Below are positions 45,425-54,855 of a DNA stretch of 64,000 bases, piece by piece. The notes under the pieces are model-generated. The model worked only from the letters and a program-made list of their open reading frames with translations. It had not been told where the DNA came from and did no database searches. The position numbers were made by a program, and so were the translations under genes. The stretch covers positions 128,244 to 192,243 of the forward strand of contig PFCO01000001.1 of assembly GCA_002772995.1 (NCBI GenBank), written 5' to 3'. This stretch comes from Candidatus Niyogibacteria bacterium CG10_big_fil_rev_8_21_14_0_10_46_36. GTDB taxonomy: Bacteria; Patescibacteriota; Minisyncoccia; 1-14-0-10-42-19. Each line of letters begins with the position of its first letter. The stretch's first letter is position 1.

Positions 45425-46638
45425 ACGCTCGCTTTTACAAAAAGACGTATGAGGGCATCGGCGGTTTGCGCCCAAGAAAGCTTTTTCTCAACAAACGACC
45501 TGCCGTTTTTTCGGAGAGTATTGTATAGCTGTGAATCAGAAACCAGTATCTCTATGCTTTTCGCCAAAGCTCCGACGTCTTTTGCACTAAATAAAACAGC
45601 ATTTTCCTTGTCTGTCAATACTTCTGATGCCCCTGCGGTATCCGAAACAATAACGGGCATCCCACAAGACATTGCCTCAAACACCGCCAGCCCCCAACTT
45701 TGCATGTGATTCGGAAACAGGAAAAGATGATGCTTATGGTATTCTGCCAAAAAATCTTCTTCGGATATCTCTCCCGTAAAACGCACACGCTTCTGCAGAC
45801 CTAAGCGAGCAACAAGACTTACGAGCGATGCATAATATTTTTCATTGCTTTTTGTGCTTCCGGAAATAGTGAGCGTCGCATTGTATCCCCTCTGCACTAA
45901 GAGACCGAGTGCAGATATGCCGTCCTCGAAACGCCGGTGCGGAAAAAATATGCCGTTCATAAAAAGTGACACCGTTTCTTTTGTAGGCGGGATGCGCTCT
46001 TGGTATGAAAAATAATTAGCATCAACGCCGTTCCGGATTATCGTTGCGTTTTTCCCAAAATATTTTTTTGCCCATTTCTTATCGCGCTCATCCAGCACGG
46101 CAATCTCGTTCTGCGCCTTAATAAACTTATGAGCATCATAGGCATCATATACCCGGTAAAACGCGCGCTTTACAAGAGATACGCGGAGTTGCGAATCTAA
46201 TTTTTGTGCGCGGAGCATCATAAATTGTTTTGTCGGCATGTCATGCATCACCCATACGGAAGGCACATTTTTTGAGCGCTCCTTAAAATAGTACGCAACA
46301 CGGTAACATACATGGTCATGCGGGTTCAGTATGTCTGTATCCTTATCAATAAGGTCAGCGAGTTCTTTTGATGCGTCGTTCTCACGGAACATCTGCCCGA
46401 ACGAGCGGAATATATTGACTATGCTCCACGCGCTCCGATGCTTGTACGTAGGGAAAAAATCCAACGAACGCACATCCATGCCCTCAAGCAAATCCGCAAA
46501 GCAATCTTCCTTTGAATAGAGAAAGGTGTAGAGCACCACTTCGTGCCCTGCTTTTTTGAGCTCCCGCGCAACATATAAGACATGACGCTGGACACCTCCG
46601 CGTGTATTCAATTTTCGCACTATCATAGCTACCTTCAT
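45421..46638 (-). CDS. Family 4 (GT-B) glycosyltransferase.
   Basis: The N-terminus MKVAMIVRKLNTRGGVQRHVLYVARELKKAGHEV together with the C-terminal E(x7)E-like FEAMSCGMPVIVSDTAGASEVL is the GT4 signature. Confidence 0.75.
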   Translation of the reverse strand: MKVAMIVRKLNTRGGVQRHVLYVARELKKAGHEVVLYTFLYSKEDCFADLLEGMDVRSLDFFPTYKHRSAWSIVNIFRSFGQMFRENDASKELADLIDKDTDILNPHDHVCYRVAYYFKERSKNVPSVWVMHDMPTKQFMMLRAQKLDSQLRVSLVKRAFYRVYDAYDAHKFIKAQNEIAVLDERDKKWAKKYFGKNATIIRNGVDANYFSYQERIPPTKETVSLFMNGIFFPHRRFEDGISALGLLVQRGYNATLTISGSTKSNEKYYASLVSLVARLGLQKRVRFTGEISEEDFLAEYHKHHLFLFPNHMQSWGLAVFEAMSCGMPVIVSDTAGASEVLTDKENAVLFSAKDVGALAKSIEILVSDSQLYNTLRKNGRSFVEKKLSWAQTADALIRLFVKASV

Positions 46639-46673
46639 AGATGTTGGCCTATTTCAATATATCTATTATAGCA

Positions 46674-46712
46674 ATAAAAAAGCCTCGTACGACCTGTACG
46701 AGGCTTTGTTTT
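46674..46712 (-). terminator. Bidirectional intrinsic terminator at the boundary between the glycan locus and the housekeeping block.
   Basis: AGCCTCGTAC-GACC-TGTACGAGGCT forms a stem of about 10 bp. It is flanked by AAAAA and TTTGTTTTT. Confidence 0.7.
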
Positions 46713-48373
46713 TACGCTGTAAAAAGAACGCCCTGGGACATATAATTTTCACATATGCCTGCCTCATTAATGAAAAAATGCAGGCGATCTTTTGTGCCGA
46801 GCTTATACCCGCTCCCCGACTGATTCATCGGCCCAAACTGATGCTGTCCTGCCACCGCACCGATAATCTCGCGGTTCACATATATCAGCCCTGATTTGCC
46901 GCCAGTAACCATGCCGCGCACAAATTGTTTTTTTTCCTCTTCGCTTTGCGAATAAATCCCTGCGGTGATATGCGGATATGCATTTGCAAGCAATATTGCT
47001 TCTTTGAGCGTACCTGCAAAAAAGATAAATAGAACCGGTCCGAATATTTCTTCACCCACCAAAGGCGAATCGTGCGGTATACCCTCAAATATCTGCGGCC
47101 CGATAAAATATCCGCATTCTTCCATGTGCGAGAGATCAACTGCTAAAAGCGGCTGTTTAATCTCCGCGCAGTCAGCAATCCGTTTCTTTATACGGTCAAA
47201 CGCATTTCTATCAATAACCGCATTGTAATTATATTTTTTCTTGCGATTCGCCGGATGGCCGTATTCCAAAGAAGATGCGGCATCAATAATCCGCGATGTT
47301 GCCGATACGGAAAATTCGTGTTTGGGTTCTGCAACTATGATAAGACGCTGCAACGCGGAACATTTTTCTCCTTGCTGTTCCCACTTTGAACGCAACACAG
47401 CCTTAATAACATCATCAAGGTTTGCGCTTCGCGTAACGATCATCGGATTGTTTGCGCCAAGCTCCGGCTCAAACCGCTTTATGCCATAGGGATACCCATA
47501 CGGATCATCCGCAACGGATAACGCAGCCGCAGTATTTATCTTATGTCCTACGCTCATAGAACCGGTAAAGCAAACACCCGAAACAAAACGATGCCGCACG
47601 AGCGCTTCACCAGTATCACCGTGCCCCGGAAGATACGCGATAAAATCAGCCTCCATTCCTGCGCGAAGCAAGAGACGCGCAAGGTAATATCCTATTATTG
47701 GGGATTGTTCTGCCGGCTTAAACAGCACGGGACATCCGGTCAAGTATGCTGCAAAGATCTTTTCGACACTAAGCGAAAATGGAAAATTCCATACGCTTAT
47801 TGCCGCAATCGGTCCTTTCGGGAGCGGAATGCGAATGTTTTTCTCCGACACAAGATCCGGACGCGAATACACCCGCACAAACACATCATCAATATGCCGC
47901 AGGTATAGTTCGCCAAAATCAATCGCCTCTTCTACCTCTCCGAGCGCTCCTTTGATCGATTTTGAAACCTCATGCGCTATAATCGTTGCTATGTGATAGC
48001 GCTCTTCGCGTATGAAAGATACCGCATTTCTCACCACATGTTTTCTTCTGTGAAGCCATCCATCAAAATCATCCCAGAATAATTCCTGACTCTTTCTGAA
48101 TGCCTGTTCGGCAACGGTACACGCGCGCGCCAGAAGTTCAGGTGTTGTTTTGCATACTTTCCCGAATATCTTATAACAATCCGCGGGGTCGTATACTTCG
48201 ATATACTCTTTTGTGTAATACTCCTTGCCTCCTATGAGTATGGGGCAGGGTTTCAGCATATCTAGTCTTTTTGAATCAATATAGCGAACCGCTTCTTCTA
48301 TGCGTGCATGCACCTTGGGATTGGAAAAATCTTCTTGCGGCTCATTCCGGAATTGTTCTTCTCTGTATTTCAT
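46712..48373 (-). CDS. L-glutamate gamma-semialdehyde (1-pyrroline-5-carboxylate) dehydrogenase, ALDH superfamily.
   Basis: The 553-aa ALDH has FTGSMSVGHKI, ELGANNPMIV and the catalytic Cys region EKCSALQRLIIV. Its N-terminal extension is typical of PruA/RocA-type P5CDH. It lies adjacent to the proline dehydrogenase gene. Confidence 0.7.
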   Translation of the reverse strand: MKYREEQFRNEPQEDFSNPKVHARIEEAVRYIDSKRLDMLKPCPILIGGKEYYTKEYIEVYDPADCYKIFGKVCKTTPELLARACTVAEQAFRKSQELFWDDFDGWLHRRKHVVRNAVSFIREERYHIATIIAHEVSKSIKGALGEVEEAIDFGELYLRHIDDVFVRVYSRPDLVSEKNIRIPLPKGPIAAISVWNFPFSLSVEKIFAAYLTGCPVLFKPAEQSPIIGYYLARLLLRAGMEADFIAYLPGHGDTGEALVRHRFVSGVCFTGSMSVGHKINTAAALSVADDPYGYPYGIKRFEPELGANNPMIVTRSANLDDVIKAVLRSKWEQQGEKCSALQRLIIVAEPKHEFSVSATSRIIDAASSLEYGHPANRKKKYNYNAVIDRNAFDRIKKRIADCAEIKQPLLAVDLSHMEECGYFIGPQIFEGIPHDSPLVGEEIFGPVLFIFFAGTLKEAILLANAYPHITAGIYSQSEEEKKQFVRGMVTGGKSGLIYVNREIIGAVAGQHQFGPMNQSGSGYKLGTKDRLHFFINEAGICENYMSQGVLFTA

Positions 48374-49627
48374 TTATTCCCTCCCGGGGAGCGCCTGGAT
48401 TCCTTTTTGCAGGATATCTATAGCGTTTTTCATTTTCTTGCCGTGAAAACGTGCAAGGAAACTTTCGGAGCCTGTGTTGTCGTCAACGCGGCGGATCAAG
48501 AATCCTATACCTTGCGCAAAGCTACTTGTTAAAAGAACCGGCACATAGAAACGCACCGGAAGCCCGTTCGGAATAAGAGCCTGCTCTGCATACGGCTCGC
48601 CCATTCCACGGATAAGCTGGGTTTCGTAAGAACCGTGCACAAGCGCATGAAGGATGTGGTCGACATTATGAGTCCCCGACACCATATGCAGTCCTTGCCT
48701 AATACCCTCAATGAAACAGGCACGAAAATTCCTATTCGTGTCTTCTTTCACCGTCCAGACAGGAACATGCCATCCGCGTAATTCCGCCAGATACTGTTCA
48801 AATGAATGGTACGCACCGAGTACTAAGCGGACCCATAATTCATCTCCGTAGCGGTAATGCAAGCGTGCGAGCCTATGGATTATCTCAAGCGAATCAGTAG
48901 TATATGACTGCAATACACACCGGGCGATTGCGCCGTACTTTTTATAGTACCGCTCAAACACGCGGAGCTGTATCTCTCGGTAATCCCGTTCAAGCGCATC
49001 AAAGAATATATTGAATCCTGTTTTCTGTGCGAGCACAAAGAATGGCTCAAGCCGGTCGCATATCATATCAACCGAATATTCAAGCGAAAGAGGATCAATC
49101 TGGGAATACGCCGCTGAAATTTTTACCGACGCGCTGACATCATACGATGCGTCAATTCCGTATTTCGGAAGCCCAGAAAACAAACGGCAATAATCGTCTA
49201 CATATTTCTGCGCTTCTGTTTCGGAAAACACCGCGTCTCCTAAAATATCCAGATTCACTTTTATCTTCTTCTTATGGTATCCGCGTATTGTCCGCGATAT
49301 GCTCGAAAGATCATTCCCGCCAATAAAGCGGCCGGCAAAAAGCCGGAACCCCCAGTGAAGCTCACGCGCAAGCATGCGGGAAGACAAACGACCCGATGCA
49401 AACAGTGGCGCGAATGTCCACGGAAGCCTGTCATGGACAGGCTCAAGCACTTCGTAAAATGCGTCCCGAATATCTCCCGCATCATTCGTCTGGGAAACAA
49501 TCGTCGTCATCTGCATAAGGCGCGAGGCAACTTCTTTGTCGCCCAAAAACCAATCCATTGGATCCACGCCCATACATTCTAATACATTCATACTATTCCT
49601 CCTTGTCCGCAAAATCATGTATTTCAA
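48374..49627 (-). CDS. Proline dehydrogenase.
   Basis: C-terminal motifs VRLVLGAY and SGTHN match the conserved ProDH motifs (VRLVKGAY ... [AS]THN). It is directly upstream of P5CDH with no gap. Confidence 0.65.
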   Translation of the reverse strand: MKYMILRTRRNSMNVLECMGVDPMDWFLGDKEVASRLMQMTTIVSQTNDAGDIRDAFYEVLEPVHDRLPWTFAPLFASGRLSSRMLARELHWGFRLFAGRFIGGNDLSSISRTIRGYHKKKIKVNLDILGDAVFSETEAQKYVDDYCRLFSGLPKYGIDASYDVSASVKISAAYSQIDPLSLEYSVDMICDRLEPFFVLAQKTGFNIFFDALERDYREIQLRVFERYYKKYGAIARCVLQSYTTDSLEIIHRLARLHYRYGDELWVRLVLGAYHSFEQYLAELRGWHVPVWTVKEDTNRNFRACFIEGIRQGLHMVSGTHNVDHILHALVHGSYETQLIRGMGEPYAEQALIPNGLPVRFYVPVLLTSSFAQGIGFLIRRVDDNTGSESFLARFHGKKMKNAIDILQKGIQALPGRE

Positions 49628-49711
49628 GGGCGGGTTATTGTAATGTTTTCAAAGTATCTCCGGAACACTTTTTATTAAAAGTGCCAGGCAAACTGCACAA
49701 ACAGTACCACA

Positions 49712-49746
49712 CTTTTCCCAAAAAGAAAAGCCCCTAAGGGCTTCAA
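49712..49746 (-). terminator. Intrinsic terminator downstream of tatD.
   Basis: AAGCCC-CTAA-GGGCTT hairpin at 49728-49743, followed on the minus strand by TTTTCTTTTTGGG. Confidence 0.5.
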
Positions 49747-49768
49747 GCTATTGGCACTCAGCACACTA

Positions 49769-50611
49769 TCATACCCCGAATTTTTCTTTCGCATTCAAAA
49801 CCGTTTGTCGCGCCGCACCTTCAAACGACACTTCTTTGAGCTCCGCTATTTTTTTAACAACCTCTTCTACATATGCCGGCTCATTCCGCTTGCCTCGGTG
49901 GGGTGCAGGAGTCACATAGGGCGCATCAGTTTCGGAGAGTATCCGGTCAAGCGGGATATGACGCGCAACTTTATCGTAATCGTGCACGAATGTTATCACG
50001 CCGCCGAATGTAAACGAAAATCCGAGCGACAAAAACTCATCGGCAACCTCGCGTGAACCTACAAAAAAATGAACAACGCCATTCGTTGCGCTTTTTTCAC
50101 GGAGTATTTCAATAATGTCCCTGTATGCGTCGTCCTTTTTTGAGGGACGGCAATGAATCATAAGGGGCTTAGAAATGGCCTTCGCAATATCAATATGTTT
50201 GCGGAAAATATTTTTTTGTTTTTCTTTTATGGCGTCTATATCGCCTTCAATCCGATAATAATCCAGGCCGCATTCGCCAATTGCTACTACCTTTGGGTGG
50301 CGCGCAAGTTCTGTGTATTCTTCAACGCTGAATTCTTCTCCCCTACTTGTAAATCCTTCGCCTCCCCCTAATTCCTGCGGATCGTGATACGATGCATCGG
50401 TATGAATCGGATGAAGCCCTACGGTTGCATACACCCCGTCTTCGTATTGTTCCGCGAGCGCAACTGCCTGTTTTGATGTGTCTTTTTGGGTACCGACATT
50501 TATTATCCATATTCCCTTTCCGCGCGCACGCCAAATAACCTCGGACACATCATCCTTAAACGCAGCAAACTGCATATGCGTATGAGAATCAATCATCTTT
50601 GGAATTGACAT
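49769..50611 (-). CDS. TatD-family metal-dependent hydrolase/DNase.
   Basis: MIDSHTHMQF is the HxH motif. GLHPIHTD, IGECGLDY and the downstream H/D metal ligands are present. Length is 280 aa. Confidence 0.8.
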   Translation of the reverse strand: MSIPKMIDSHTHMQFAAFKDDVSEVIWRARGKGIWIINVGTQKDTSKQAVALAEQYEDGVYATVGLHPIHTDASYHDPQELGGGEGFTSRGEEFSVEEYTELARHPKVVAIGECGLDYYRIEGDIDAIKEKQKNIFRKHIDIAKAISKPLMIHCRPSKKDDAYRDIIEILREKSATNGVVHFFVGSREVADEFLSLGFSFTFGGVITFVHDYDKVARHIPLDRILSETDAPYVTPAPHRGKRNEPAYVEEVVKKIAELKEVSFEGAARQTVLNAKEKFGV

Positions 50612-50666
50612 ACAAAAATCATTATACTAGAATCAACAAGGATTTTAAACGGGGGTATGTGATTAT

Positions 50667-50918
50667 ATGGGTAAAGAACTAATGCCAACAAGCGGGAGAG
50701 GCAGTAAAGAATCGTACGCAACATGGGCACACCCAGGCGATATCCAGTGCGAACATACAGATACAGGAGTGTTGCTTACTATGCGCCAACCCAAAAAAGC
50801 CTCTTTCGCAGTCCAAAATGAAAAAGGATTTTTGCTTGAAATCTTTACGGATCCCAAAGAAAAAACAATAAAAATCCTCAAAAGGAAAGACACGAAAATT
50901 ATCATTGAAAATATCTGA
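50667..50918 (+). CDS. Small hypothetical protein (83 aa).
   Basis: An ORF with a good hairpin terminator immediately downstream. No recognisable motif was found. It could start at the internal Met (MPTSG). Confidence 0.3.
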   Translation: MGKELMPTSGRGSKESYATWAHPGDIQCEHTDTGVLLTMRQPKKASFAVQNEKGFLLEIFTDPKEKTIKILKRKDTKIIIENI

Positions 50919-50920
50919 AG

Positions 50921-50952
50921 CAAAAAAAACGGCTCTCCTGGCCGTTTTTTAT
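50921..50952 (+). terminator. Bidirectional intrinsic terminator between the small ORF and metG.
   Basis: AAAAAAAACGGCTCTCCTGGCCGTTTTTTATTTT, with stem AAAACGGC/GCCGTTTT. Confidence 0.6.
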
Positions 50953-52514
50953 TTTCTCGGGAAGAGCCCTTCTCCCATCGTCACGCGGAATACATCCCTT
51001 GTTTTGTAATCCTCGGGAGCTGCGCCAAAAATAGCAAATATCTTTTCAGATGTCGCGGGCAAGAACGGACGCACCATATCCGCAAATGCTAACGCGCCAT
51101 ATACTGTGTGCCATAATACCGCCCGCGTTTTCTCTGCGTCGGTCTTAATAAGCTTAAACGGCTCATAATGCTGGATAAACCTATCAAGCTCTCCTAAAAA
51201 TCCCCACGCGATATCAAGCGCCCGCGAAAATTGATACGCATCAAGTGCTTCTTGGTACTGCGGGCGGATATATTGCTCAAAGGAAAACGGCACGCTGAAT
51301 GTTTCTATATTCCCTCCGTTCACTTTATGTTGGCGCAAAAGTTCAGAAGATTCCTGGAGCGGCACCGCGTCCAACAGAGCGCCTTCAGGTTTTTTAAAAT
51401 CTTCCCCGAAATATTGGGTTATCATTTTTGCAACACGCGATACATAATTGCCGAGCCCATTTGCAAGATTTGCATTATACGCATCAACAAACCGCTCCTC
51501 TGTAAAGTCACCATCCTCAAACGGCTCTATCTCGCGGAGCAGAAAATACCGGAGCGCATCTGCGCTAAACCGACGCATAATATCAAAGGGGTCTATCACA
51601 TTACCGATTGTCTTCGACATCTTTTTTCCCCCTGATGTAATAAATCCGTGCACAAAGATGGCCTTCGGCAACGAAAGACCGGCGGATAAAAGCATTCCGG
51701 TCCAAATTGCTGCATGAAATCGCAAAATATCCTTTCCAATAACATGGAGGTTCGCGGGCCAATACTTCTGGAAATGCGCATCATCTTCGCTTCCAAACCC
51801 GAGCGCTGAAATATAATTTGAAAGCGCGTCACACCACACATACATCGTCTGCGTGTCATCTCCCGGGACCGGCACCCCCCACGGAATATCTTTCGCGGGA
51901 CGCGAAAAGCTTATGTCCTGGAGCCCATCATCCAAAAGCGCCATAATTTCGTTTTTACGCGATTCAGGAAACACCGTAAGCTCTCCCTTTGCAATGAGTT
52001 CTTTTATCTTTTTAGAATAACGGGAAAGTTTGAAATAGTAATTTTCTTCTTCAAGTAATTCAGGCTTCTGGTTGTGATCAACGCACTTGCCGTCAATAAG
52101 ATCCTTTTCGGTGATAAAGGCTTCGTGTCCTACGCAATAGAGCCCCTTATACGTCGCCTTATAGAGATCGCCTTTTGCTTCTATCTTTTTCCAGAGCACT
52201 TGCGCACCTGGCCAATGCCGCTTTGTATCCGATGTCCGTATAAAATCCGTATGCGATATGAAGAGCTCTTCTAATAGCTTTTTGAACGTGGCGGCATTTG
52301 CATCAACTAGTTCTTGCGGAGTTTTCCCTTCCTTTTCAGCGCTTCGCGCTATTTTCGCCCCATGCTCATCCGTGCCCGACAAAAAAAAGACATCATCTCC
52401 TTTGATGCGTCTCCATCGTGCAATGACATCTGTTTGTACCGCTTCAAGAGCAAATCCTATATGAGGCGGCGCGTTCACATACGGAAGCGACGTTGTAACA
52501 TAAAATTTTTCCAT
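50949..52514 (-). CDS. metG: Methionyl-tRNA synthetase (short form without the C-terminal tRNA-binding appendix).
   Basis: YVTTSLPYVNAPPHIGFALE is the MetRS HIGH region. KMSKTIGN is the KMSKS motif. Length is 521 aa. Confidence 0.9.
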   Translation of the reverse strand: MEKFYVTTSLPYVNAPPHIGFALEAVQTDVIARWRRIKGDDVFFLSGTDEHGAKIARSAEKEGKTPQELVDANAATFKKLLEELFISHTDFIRTSDTKRHWPGAQVLWKKIEAKGDLYKATYKGLYCVGHEAFITEKDLIDGKCVDHNQKPELLEEENYYFKLSRYSKKIKELIAKGELTVFPESRKNEIMALLDDGLQDISFSRPAKDIPWGVPVPGDDTQTMYVWCDALSNYISALGFGSEDDAHFQKYWPANLHVIGKDILRFHAAIWTGMLLSAGLSLPKAIFVHGFITSGGKKMSKTIGNVIDPFDIMRRFSADALRYFLLREIEPFEDGDFTEERFVDAYNANLANGLGNYVSRVAKMITQYFGEDFKKPEGALLDAVPLQESSELLRQHKVNGGNIETFSVPFSFEQYIRPQYQEALDAYQFSRALDIAWGFLGELDRFIQHYEPFKLIKTDAEKTRAVLWHTVYGALAFADMVRPFLPATSEKIFAIFGAAPEDYKTRDVFRVTMGEGLFPRK

Positions 52515-52517
52515 ACG

Positions 52518-53552
52518 TTACGTAGTATGCTTTTCTGCCATTATATCATTTGATATCTCCACGATAACAACGACAATGGGAACTGCTAAAAGAACTCCCG
52601 CAATACCGCCTAACTGTGCGCCAATGATCATCGACAAAATGACAAGCGCCGGATGAACCCCTATTGCCTTACGCATAACAATAGGATAGACGAGATTGTT
52701 CTCTATCTGCTGGATAATAATGTAGAGCGCAAGCACCAATAGCCCCAGGATTGGCTCCTGCAAAAAAGCGAGAATAACCGCGGGGACGGCAGCAAGTGTT
52801 GCCCCGAATATCGGGATAAGCTCAAATACTCCCGCAAGTATGGCAAGCGAAAGCGCAAAATCAACCTGCAAAATAGCAAGTCCCAAAAAGCTCATAACGC
52901 CTACAAGTACTCCCAGCAGTATTTGTCCCCGCATCCATCGCCCAATCTTTCGCTTTGAGCGCTTCCATACATTCAGCACATAATCTTCATAATTAAGCGG
53001 GGTGATAATACGAAGGAAATTTTCTATTCCATTTTCCTGTACGGACAAGTAAAAAGATAAAACTACGATTACAAGCAACGAAAGCGCGCCACCGAATATC
53101 CCGGATACAGTTTGGAAAAAGTCCCCCGAAAATCCGGAAATAGCCTGGGAGAGCTCTCTGCCGATTGAGCCGAGGATGCTTCCGATAGAAGACGGCAATG
53201 AGGGAAAGTACTGGGCAAGCACCGTAGGCTCCGTAACATTTTGAATGAATGTAGGAATATCCGTTGCAAGGCTTGAGAATTCAGAGAAGAGCGGCGGCAC
53301 GACGAGCGAAAATGCCGCAGTAAGCACTATAACCGCAAGGATATATGTAATAAGTACGCCGATAACCCGAGGTATCTTTCTGTCTGAAAACCATATTGCC
53401 GCAGGCTCAACTGCCGACGCGATAACAACGGAAAAAATTGCTATCGCAAGAATATTCCGGATGATATACAAAAAAGCAAAAAGTAACAGAAAAAGAATGA
53501 CACGCAAAATGGTGCCGCTCCCTACTTCAATTATCTGCTTGCGAGACTCCAT
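52518..53552 (-). CDS. AI-2E family transporter (UPF0118/PerM).
   Basis: The 344-aa polytopic membrane protein has the characteristic N-terminal ILRVILFLLLFAFLYIIRNILAIAIFSVVIA and a C-terminal glycine-rich helix. Confidence 0.75.
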   Translation of the reverse strand: MESRKQIIEVGSGTILRVILFLLLFAFLYIIRNILAIAIFSVVIASAVEPAAIWFSDRKIPRVIGVLITYILAVIVLTAAFSLVVPPLFSEFSSLATDIPTFIQNVTEPTVLAQYFPSLPSSIGSILGSIGRELSQAISGFSGDFFQTVSGIFGGALSLLVIVVLSFYLSVQENGIENFLRIITPLNYEDYVLNVWKRSKRKIGRWMRGQILLGVLVGVMSFLGLAILQVDFALSLAILAGVFELIPIFGATLAAVPAVILAFLQEPILGLLVLALYIIIQQIENNLVYPIVMRKAIGVHPALVILSMIIGAQLGGIAGVLLAVPIVVVIVEISNDIMAEKHTT

Positions 53553-53557
53553 ACAAA

Positions 53558-54853
53558 CTACTTTTTATACCGCGAAGCATGCTTGATGAGCGTTGAGAGA
53601 TTCACTGATGCCCGCGGCCCTACGAGCGCGAAATTTATTTTTTTAGGATTAAAAACATCGCGCGCTACTTCTATAATATCATTCTTGGTTACTTTCTCAA
53701 ACTCCCGCAAGAGCTCTTCGGGGGGTTTTATATCCTTATAAAAAAGCTCCCGCTCAGCATAAAATTGCGCGATGTCATCAGATGATTCAAACGAAAGCGC
53801 AAGCGAGCCGCGCAGATGGTCTTTTGCAAATGCCAACTCCTCATCGGTCGGCCCGGAGAGCTTGAGGTCAAACATTTGTTCGAGCATTTTTTCTGCAGCC
53901 AGCTTTACCGAGCCGTGCGTAACACCTGCGCGTGCAAGGATATACCCGGAATCCGTATACGATTCAACACCGGATTGCACATAATAGGCAAGGCCGAGCC
54001 GTTCGCGTATTTCAACAAAAAGCCGGGAGGACATTGTGCCGCCCAAAATATCGCTCAACAGACCGAGCGCATACTTCCGCCTGTCGTACATATCATACGC
54101 CCGCGCCCCCACAACAAGATGCGATTGTTCCGTTTTTTTCGTAAATATTTTTTGCGCAGGACGCACCTGATGTTCTTTGACTGCGACCTTCCCCCTCGGG
54201 CGCCCTCGCTTGAATGTGAAAAATGCTTTTCGTATTTTCCGGAATGCAGTATCGCCATCAATATTCCCCGCAACAACAACAACGCTGTTTGTCGCAACAT
54301 ACTGGCTTTCCCGGTATTTTATAATATCGTTGCGCTTAATGCCGCGCATAGTTTCAGCGGTTCCTCCGATTGGCCATCCAGAAGGCTGGTTCCCGTAGAG
54401 CAGCTCTTCCCATACATCAAAGACCTTCCGCTGAGGCATGTCTTCGTACATTAAAAGCTCCTGGATAATAACACCGCGCTCTTTCTCTATTTCTTCCTTC
54501 TGAAAAAGCGGATCAAGCAAAATATCCGCGATAATATCAAGCGATGTATCAAAATGCTTCGCGGCGCTCTTCACCCAATATCCTGTCGTCTCTTTGAGCG
54601 TAAACGCATTAAACTGCGCGCCCATCCGGTCTAATTCCCGCGCAATCTGCTCGGGACGGGGACGCTTTGTAGTCCCCTTAAAGAATAGGTGCTCCAAATA
54701 ATGCGAAACGCCGTTTGTGCGGAGGGTTTCGTACTTAGATCCGGTCTTTACGAGCACCAGCAATGTTACCGCCTGTGTCGCTTTCATGGGGGCTACAATA
54801 ACACGAAGACCGTTGGGGAGCGTTTTTTTAAAAAATGATTTTTTCTTTTTCAT
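53558..54853 (-). CDS. M16-family zinc metallopeptidase (insulinase/pitrilysin-like).
   Basis: GSKYETLRTNGVSHYLEHLFFKGT carries the inverted zinc-binding motif HxxEH. Length is 431 aa. Confidence 0.8.
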   Translation of the reverse strand: MKKKKSFFKKTLPNGLRVIVAPMKATQAVTLLVLVKTGSKYETLRTNGVSHYLEHLFFKGTTKRPRPEQIARELDRMGAQFNAFTLKETTGYWVKSAAKHFDTSLDIIADILLDPLFQKEEIEKERGVIIQELLMYEDMPQRKVFDVWEELLYGNQPSGWPIGGTAETMRGIKRNDIIKYRESQYVATNSVVVVAGNIDGDTAFRKIRKAFFTFKRGRPRGKVAVKEHQVRPAQKIFTKKTEQSHLVVGARAYDMYDRRKYALGLLSDILGGTMSSRLFVEIRERLGLAYYVQSGVESYTDSGYILARAGVTHGSVKLAAEKMLEQMFDLKLSGPTDEELAFAKDHLRGSLALSFESSDDIAQFYAERELFYKDIKPPEELLREFEKVTKNDIIEVARDVFNPKKINFALVGPRASVNLSTLIKHASRYKK

Positions 54854-54855
54854 AA

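Noticed and set aside
46712-50611. Considering proline dehydrogenase/P5C dehydrogenase/TatD as part of the glycan island.
   Set aside because: They are separated from the GT4 gene by a strong bidirectional terminator and encode central catabolic/housekeeping functions. They are treated as the start of the core-genome block.
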